NCBI GenBank assembly: GCA_037447605.1
Contig: CM074806.1
Span: 992,001 to 1,056,000, forward strand
Source of the DNA: Zygnema circumcarinatum SAG 698-1b
Taxonomy: Eukaryota; Plantae; Zygnematophyceae
DNA length: 64,000 nt
Reading direction: 5' to 3'
This document shows, piece after piece, positions 56,524-64,000 of this stretch; position 1 is the stretch's first letter, and the number at the start of each line of letters is the position of its first letter. Under the pieces are notes generated by a model. The model ran no database searches. It saw nothing but the letters and a program-made list of their open reading frames with translations, and was not told the DNA's origin. The translations under genes and the position numbers were made by a program.

Positions 56524-59500
56524 ATGGCGCTCTCTTCCTTTCGGAGGGGCTTTCTACTGAAGAGGGCACATTTGCAAGATTTTTGCTGCAAGACAGCGTC
56601 TGCTGTACCACAAGATATAAGCAATAGAAGAACCGAGGAGACCCGCCATGGCCAGCGTCCAGTTTCAGGCAATGCTGTGGAGGTGAGTGCCGTGACCGTG
56701 AGCTCCTAGAAGCCCTTCTGCTCGAGCAGCTAAAATAGAATCCTCGGTTTTGCAAGATGGGCGCGTGCAGAAAAAAATTGCCCTAAGCAACGGTTTCTGG
56801 CTAATATAGCTGGAAAGGTGCTGTTTTCTTGAGGATAGAATGGAGGAAGCAGGGAGGATGGGGAGGAGAAGGAGGACTACAAGGAGGAGAGGAAGGGAAA
56901 GGGAGCTGTTAGTTGGCTCGAGCAAAGTATCGGCAAGACTGCGACGGACCCCGCCAATGTGGAGCGTTCTGTTGCAAAAGATGAGAGCAGGTGAGGACTT
57001 TGATTATTCACGAGTGTGCTGGATCTCTCTGCAGTAGGAGAGAGCTGCAGAATCTGGAGGTGCCGAGAAAGAAGTTCAGGCGTTGTGGATAAGGGCTCAA
57101 AAAAGAGGAGTTGGGAAAGAAATATAATGGGAGATTTAGTGATGGTGGCAGGCTGCTGCAGATTGTTCAGCAGCTGTTAGAAACTGCCCCTCGTGTTAGC
57201 AGCACTGACCTTCCCGAGAGCTTCATCAAGATATTGCGTGAGGTGAGTGCCAATTTGGGGCCCCTCTCTCTATCTCTCGCTGTTTCCCTCCCCTCCCCCC
57301 TGTCACCACTCCCACTTCCCCACTCTCCCTCTCCCTCCTCCCTCTCCCTCTCCCTCNNNNNNNNNNCCTCTCCCTCTCCCTCTCCCTCTCCCTCTCCCTC
57401 TCCCTCCTCAGGAATTGACATAATGCACGTGTCTTTGGGAGGATAATACTGCCTCGACGCCGAGATATATCATTGTTTGCCATGCTCCGTAGTAGCGGTG
57501 TCGAATTCGAAAGTGTTTCTGTTTACGTTTGTTTTTGTGTTTGTGATTTAGAGAGGTCTATACCCCGTAATGTCTAAAGAGCATGAATCACCGGTGAGGA
57601 ATAGTCTCTTCACCAGACACTTATGCCCTTTAGAATAAGCGTATGAGGAATGCGACAACATCCTTTCCTTCAATCCATGTCGCACTGAAGTGTCCCTCGG
57701 TTAAGTCAGTATTGCTACACATTGACGTTCGAGCACTGTCTGGAGGAGTCCCTGCGTTTGAAGCCAAGCCTTACATTCTCGTGGTGTGGATTGCAGGACT
57801 ACAAGCAGCTCCATGGAGAGGCAAGAGAAGCGGTGCTGCGAACCTTGGCATACCACTGCAGGGCTGACTCTCAACGTCTTTCAGAGCTTATGCGGAGCTA
57901 TCTCACAAGGCCATTGTCCACCCCTTCTGCAGGCAAGCTTTAATCAAGCCTCTCCATATGTTAGAGCTTTAGCACAGTAAAAGACTTATTGTGTGGACAT
58001 TATGCCAAGTCCTGTCGAGGTTCAAGTGTGAAGCCATTTCCGTGCTGTATTGTAAAGTTAACCGACAAGCGGCGTGGCATTCTGTGGTATCGTCTTTTGA
58101 CAAACCCTCAATCTGAGCTTTATGGCTGTTTTAGGGTTGGTCTGCAGAAGCGGATGAGAGGCAGGAAAGTTCGGCAGAGCTGGTCGGCAGGCTTCGCCTC
58201 GAGGGCGCTTTGCGGAGTGCCCTTAGCCCTCGACCTGTGCGGCTATTAGAAGCAATTTGCGCACAGCCGGGGGGGCTTCACTTCCTCGTCAATCTCCGCT
58301 CCGATCTCCGGCGAACAGCTCGGTAAGCCTTCTGACCCAAACTTCCCCTGCTGCAGGTTGGACAAGAATGGATTTTCTTCTTGACATAAAGCAGAAGGGG
58401 GGGAGGGACGAGTGAGAGAGAGGGCTCTGACGAAAGGAAGGGAGGGAAGTACGTGCCTGAACAAAAGCGACGCTGGTGGGGATTTTAAGGCTTCTATTCT
58501 AAGGTGGGGAAAGTAGGGAATTTTGGGCTTGCAGATGGCACAGTGACCCTAGACTGCGAGCATTGGATGACCTTTTGAAGAGTCTTTTTGGAACATGGCT
58601 CAGTCCTGCGTGTTTGGAGCTGAAGCGTATCACCTGGCAGGACTCCGCAGTGCTGCTGGAGAAGATTGTCGCATACGAGGTGATGATGATATACATGCCA
58701 TGCATGTATACATGCATACTCATTCTAAACCTCATGCTTCGGAGCTTTGAAAACCATTAACCAGCTGTTTAGACATCGTCCTTTCTGCCTTTCTGTTTAT
58801 CTGCATCTCAAGCAAGGAGGTAGTTGGCTCTATGCGATGCATGATGGTAGTGGGGGGAAGAGTGGGAGGGCAAGCAGGCCGTGCATCCGGTTCGATCTCT
58901 CTCTGATCTAAAGCGACGTTTGGGACCCGGTCGCCGCTGCTTTGCCTACTGTCATCCTGCAATTCCAGGTAGCCTTCACAGGCAACGAAGTGGAAATAGG
59001 ATTCAGAAAAAACAGTGTTGAGGGAAATAGGCCCGTTCGGAAAACAGTTTGCAGGGGCTTGCTCTGCTGGCGAGAGTGAACATTGTGTGTTGCTGGGAGG
59101 GGTATGGTGTTGATAGGTGAGCCTTTGGTCTTCATGGAAGCGGCCTTATCCTCGAACTTGAGTCATTCCATTGAGGTGCGCACATGGAGATGCTTTTCTG
59201 CGGGAGAGAGAGAGGAAGTAAATAATTGGAGGAAAGAGTAGAGGGAGAGAGAGGGAGCAAGAAAGAGAGAGAGAAGTGTGTAGTACAAATAAGAAGAGAA
59301 GAGGCTCTGCTTCGAAGCACCTGAAGAAAACCTGTCTCCGCTTGCATGCAGCTTGTGCTTGAGAATGAAGAGGTTCTGCCAGAAGCCCAAGCTTCCACCG
59401 CCATCTTTTACTCCATCTCCAACACACAGGTATGATGTTGGGCATGGTGTTGGCATATCCATTCTCCACATAGTTTTTACCCCATGGAGAGGATGCCCTC

Positions 59501-61060
59501 CGCCATCACTTAGGGTTGCTTGCATTGCACATCAATGAGTTCATCCATGGAGGCTGAGATTAGACACCTAGGAAGTTGAGGAGAAGTGCCTTCTGTATAC
59601 AGGAAGGCTTGGCAGGTATTCACCTTGGGAATTTCTTGATCAAAAGGGCTGTTCACTCTTTAAAGCAGGAGTTGCCACACATCGAGGTTGGTTCTTCCCT
59701 CAACCAGTTTTTTTTTTTTTTTTTTAAGTGCTCACACAGATAGCGTTTGTCTGTTTTCTCAGCTTTTTCCTGGTCTCCGGGTTTTCCTAAACTCAAGGTT
59801 TCTGAAAGCAGTTGTAGCTGGCATAGCAATGGGGAGAAGAGACAGGCGATGCCATGTGATAAGGGAGGAGATGAGAGCAGGTTAAAATTGAAGTTTTTTT
59901 TTCATGGTGATGCTGCAAGAAGTCGAACACACACAGCGCTTACACTCTAATGTATGTGCAGACCTTCGCGACCCTCAGCCCTATTCCCGGATTCCGGACA
60001 TGGCTTCTCTCTCTCCTCAACCTGCGCTCTCAGGCTGCAGCTGAGAGACTGCGAGAGGGAGCAGGTAGCTCAACTGCGGAGCCTCCCCTTGAAGCAGCGG
60101 AGAAACTGCTGTTACCAGAGGAGGAGGCTGCTCTGCTTGCTTCTGCTTCTGCTTTTGCATCTGCTTATGCGGGGTGAGAGGGGCTTGACTCAGCTCTTCA
60201 ACCTGCCCGCTTGCAGATTCCGTCGCAGTTAGGGATCATCCTTGTATGTGACTTTGGTGTGAGGGGTGACAGGGACTCCGGGCACCACCCGGAGAGAGTT
60301 TTCCATGCAGTGATGTTGGATGGCCGTTGGACGGAGGAGCCATTGGCGAGGCAGGCTCTCCGGCAGCCTCTCATGCGGCTCTGTGCCCGGTGAGAGTGTG
60401 GGCCAAGACTGGGAGGTTTTAGGGTTGCAGAGCCCCATCTCAAAAGGAAGGGACACGGGACTCCGTCGTTTCTGCAGAGGAATGGACATGTCATTCTTAG
60501 CATTTGAATGACGCGCCTTTGCCTGCCTGCCTGCTTGCCTTTTCGCTCTACACAGGTATTTGGTGCAGGAAAAGAAACGAGGGCAAGCGCTGGATCCAGT
60601 GGCCAACTTTCACTTGCGGAACGGCGCGGTATGTGCAGATGCTCAAATCTGCTACAAATGGCTGCTTCATTGTGCATAAGAGTTTGAGGGTTTTAGGGTT
60701 TTTCTTGCTCTCCCTTGTTCGTCGGGTGGTCAGTGACCTGAGCCGAAGGGGCGAGGTGTCCGCAGTCGGTGGAGCGGCTGAACTGGATGGCGGACATGTC
60801 AGAGCGAGGCGTGGGAGCGAGCGCAGGCATCATGGTCAACTACTTGTACAAGTGCGCACTGGAGCTCTGAAGGCCCTGTTTCTTGACCCCTCTATACCCC
60901 ATCCTGTGCTTGACCACGTCTTTTTACCTTGTATTCTGACCCCATTTCGCATTGAGAGTACAGGATGGAGGACATTGACAAGAACCACGAAGCGTATGTG
61001 ACCCATGGATCCATCGTAGCATCGCCTCAAATACTTGCATTCTGCAAAGCTGAAGTCTGA
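56524..61060 (+). CDS. MLYCD: Malonyl-CoA decarboxylase, multi-exon; the N-terminal exons are less certain
   Basis: [163 protein letters not shown]. Stop TGA at 61058-61060. Confidence 0.95.
57285..57409. repeat. (CTCCCT)n-rich pyrimidine tract in an MCD intron, interrupted by a 10-N gap at 57357-57366
   Basis: Direct reading of the sequence. Confidence 0.9.
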
Positions 61061-61213
61061 CTGGACATCGTGAGCTCCACAGCCTTCTCTCCATCTTTAT
61101 CCTTTACCTAAATCTCCATCAACTATAGCATGCATGTTGTAACCTTCTTGTATGAGTTATCATTTTGACCGTATCCAATAATCAAAGCAAAGATAAGTAG
61201 GAACCGTTGCTTT

Positions 61214-64000
61214 TCACGAGAGCTGTGTTGCACGTCCATGTAGCTTGAGCAGAAGACTTGCGTTGAGTTCCTGAAGCCTTTCCACTTCCGATGTCAAATG
61301 CTCAACCTGATGTGAGTCAAACACAGTTAGCCAACTTTTTAGCACAAATACTCTCGATGTCACATGCACCCTTCCAGTAACGAGCTGCATAATTACTGCA
61401 ATATGAATTGGGAGGCAGAGAAAGCAGGGAACCAATGAATAATTTCAATGGAAAGTGTACAGCCTGAGGTCCTTGTAAATTGAAAGTCCTATTGTGAGTG
61501 GTGGCCCTACCGAGAGGTCAGTAGTGGGGGCTGCCACATGGCACAATATCTGAACCCTTTGCAAATTCTCTGCCAAAATTGAGATGTGTTATCTCACGCA
61601 CCTGTTTTATATGTGCCGCTGCTGGGTCTGTCGCTTTTATCAGTAATGTCGTGAAGGATTGACCTGACCGGTGTAGACACAAAAGTGTCAGAACGAACAG
61701 TGAGACTTCTGGCAAACTCTTAATGACAGCATCCAAAACGGGTACTTCTAAAATTCATCTGCCTCTCACCTTCGGCACTCCACTGCTCCCAGCTCTTGTC
61801 TTCATCCTTCCATTCCTGCAACTTGGTCTTCAGGACCGTTGTTGGCCGGCTAGTTTGAAAGCGTGTGCGTGTTTGTGGTGTTGGTAAGCTTTGCGGCTCC
61901 TCCTTGATTGCAGCCGGACACTTTGTTGGCATGTTGTGCTTCTCGGATACTTGAGGTCTTCCAAAGCATCTGGGGGTCTTGGAAGCCCTCGTGTCCAGTG
62001 TGTCCTTGCTCTTGAGAACTTTCTTCAATACTGTTGAAGTTGAAAGATCAGGAAGTATAATTCGTTCTGGTAAGATAAGGGCAGTGCTCGGCCAACGTTA
62101 GTTTCCGCCATTTTGAATGGTTATTTGCGGTTGAAGAGTCAAAAAGCCGCCGCCCATTCAGGAGAGCTGTGAAAGAATCAGAGTTTTGCGGAATGCAAAC
62201 CTTCATAAGCGACGAGTTCTTTCTCGGTCATGTCTTCAAAGCCGAAATGTTCTTTCCACATCTTTACCAGTGGATTTATGGATGGGACAAGGAGAAGCTC
62301 CACCTACACATTCACCGGTGCATAAGAACCGTCCTGCAAGTTGCTCGAAACAGGAGGTGAACCAAGCCAACAGAAATCATAGCACTAGTTAAGTGGGGAG
62401 AGGATGAACCTTCAAATCCACCAACAGCCCCTGGATAGCCTGCAAAAGATTGTTAAAAACGAACAACCGAATCAGATACTTGAAGCAAACAAAGTAAACA
62501 AGATCAAACTTTACGTTATTGCTATTACTACGCTGACGAGGATTATGTGAGACAGCTCGTTACCTCGATAAGGCTCCGACAGAACTTTTTTCGACGAAAT
62601 CCTGTATGATGACCCCCTCCCCTCCCCACACAGCAAAAAGGACGAAGAAAAAAAAATCAAATAAACATGTCCAGGAAGTCTTGGAGAAGCAACGATGGGT
62701 GGTAGGATGCAACAAGCATGCTGATGAAGTTTGAATTCGATGACCAGGTCTTATTTGTCATTGACATATGCATATGCAAGCCCCTCTGCAAAGGCAAAAC
62801 TTCATTCAAGGATCCCTCCTAGTTACGAAAGTTATGCTTCAGTTGGCCTGTTTTTCAGAAGCACTTGCCATTTTCAATACTCATTTTGTTGCCCTGGACC
62901 CAACTTCCGATTATTGAGACTGAGCAATAGTTCATTTTTCCACACCTAACTTTGTTGCCACGAAAGGGATCTCCGCCAATTCGGTACCGAATACTCTGCA
63001 CGCTCGATACAAGGTTATGTCCTTCGTAACGCAAACTTTCATTGAACTCGCGATGGCGAGGCCATCAAATTTACATGGATAAAGGCAAAATGTGGAACCA
63101 CGAAGGACTGGTCACAAAGGACCGAAACACAATAAAACGAAGCTAGGAGCGGAAAACTACGCCTAGGCACAACAACGCAGCCCTAGAATTCACGGGCCCT
63201 TCGTGAACCCTTCGTAACCATTCACGAAGATTGATTGTCAACCAACACGAGAACCAAGCATGAAAACCAACACATTGCTTTCAAGCAACACCTTCACAAA
63301 AAACAGAAATATCATGGACCTCCAAACGGTGCTTCTTTGGCATTGGAGTAGATGTGGGTTAGCAGGGTTGTGCACCTTAGTGTTGCGGCTGCAACAGGAG
63401 TGGCTTGATTTCGCAAAATGCAAACACGGAAATCACCTGCGAAATCGTTCTCACAAGGTCAGAACAACGACTTCGCAATGCAGTATTTCTGCCTCCTCAC
63501 CTACAAGTCGTTTTTTTCGAGCACAAACGCCTTCCTATGGATTACAAAATATGCCGCCTGGTTGGCAACAGCGATTCAGGCCTTAACTGAGGTCGAGGCT
63601 TTCGTCCCTGCATTTTACAAACAAGTGCCCTAAATTCAGAAGATTTTTCAATGCAAAGATAAAACTTTTGAAAATTCTCGGAGCATCAAAAGTGCTGGTT
63701 GCCTTGGGGTAACGGAAGCCACCGCAGCAGAAAATTGGGACAACAGCATCCCACCAATCGAAGAGGGGGCTCGTTATCGAAACAGACTAACAGCTTCTAT
63801 CGGCATCTTGAAAGTATGCATGTGGAGAAGAAGAGAGTATGTTCAACAATACTTGGCCTTGCAAATGCTTTCAAGAAGGTCGGCGCCGTCGTCCATTACG
63901 ACTTCACCAAAAGCGCACTTAAGGATCTAATGCCAACCAGAGTACACCAAGCCATTGAAGGCGAGTTCCACCTTTAGGAGTATCACTGCTACATAGCATC
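61214..64000 (-). CDS. IDM1/ROS4-like GNAT acetyltransferase domain protein, 3' part only; the 5' end (any PHD finger) would lie off the right edge
   Basis: Joined small exons: VILLK|ILKCAFGEVVMDDGADLLESICKA|KKAFVLEKKRLV|GDFRVCILRNQATPVAAATL|RVFGTELAEIPFVATKL|GFRRKKFCRSLIE|AIQGLLVDLK|VELLLVPSINPLVKMWKEHFGFEDMTEKELVAYE|ERIILPDLSTSTVLKKVL, then a low-complexity tail and a coiled-coil-like end. All joins are GT-AG with compatible phases. Confidence 0.8.

Noticed and set aside
63189-63229. Overlapping short inverted repeats (CTTCGTGAA/TTCACGAAG) in a GNAT-gene intron
   Set aside because: The stem is only 9 bp, with no terminal repeat or target-site duplication to support a MITE or ncRNA.

Overview
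Gene-dense, intron-rich eukaryotic nuclear DNA. The plant-type gene set (TIP1/PAT24-like, RH47-like, RCI2, LpxD, IDM1-like GNAT) points to a streptophyte, probably a charophyte alga; this is an inference. By joining exons by hand I can support 15 protein-coding genes: ankyrin S-acyltransferase (-, partial), fibrillarin (+), CNOT10 (-), SPB1/FTSJ3 (+), an intronless TIGR04283-type GT2 (-), LpxD (+), CUL4 (-), DEAD-box RH47-like (+), ORC3 (-), DUF676 lipase (+), two convergent RCI2/PMP3 copies, palmitoyl-protein thioesterase (-), malonyl-CoA decarboxylase (+) and an IDM1-like GNAT acetyltransferase (-, partial). I recognised no rRNA, tRNA, CRISPR array or intact transposon, and there are two 10-N assembly gaps. 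The best second-look items are: a box C/D snoRNA (U60-like) in fibrillarin intron 5; a U12-type intron in ORC3 whose retention stays in frame; complementary GA/CT microsatellites bracketing two in-frame PPT exons; PPT and MCD start codons only 36 bp apart; near-perfect strand alternation of genes; an orphan ABRE cluster between the RCI2 copies; and two dense GTAC clusters. All homology calls rest on my recall of family motifs, not on database searches.
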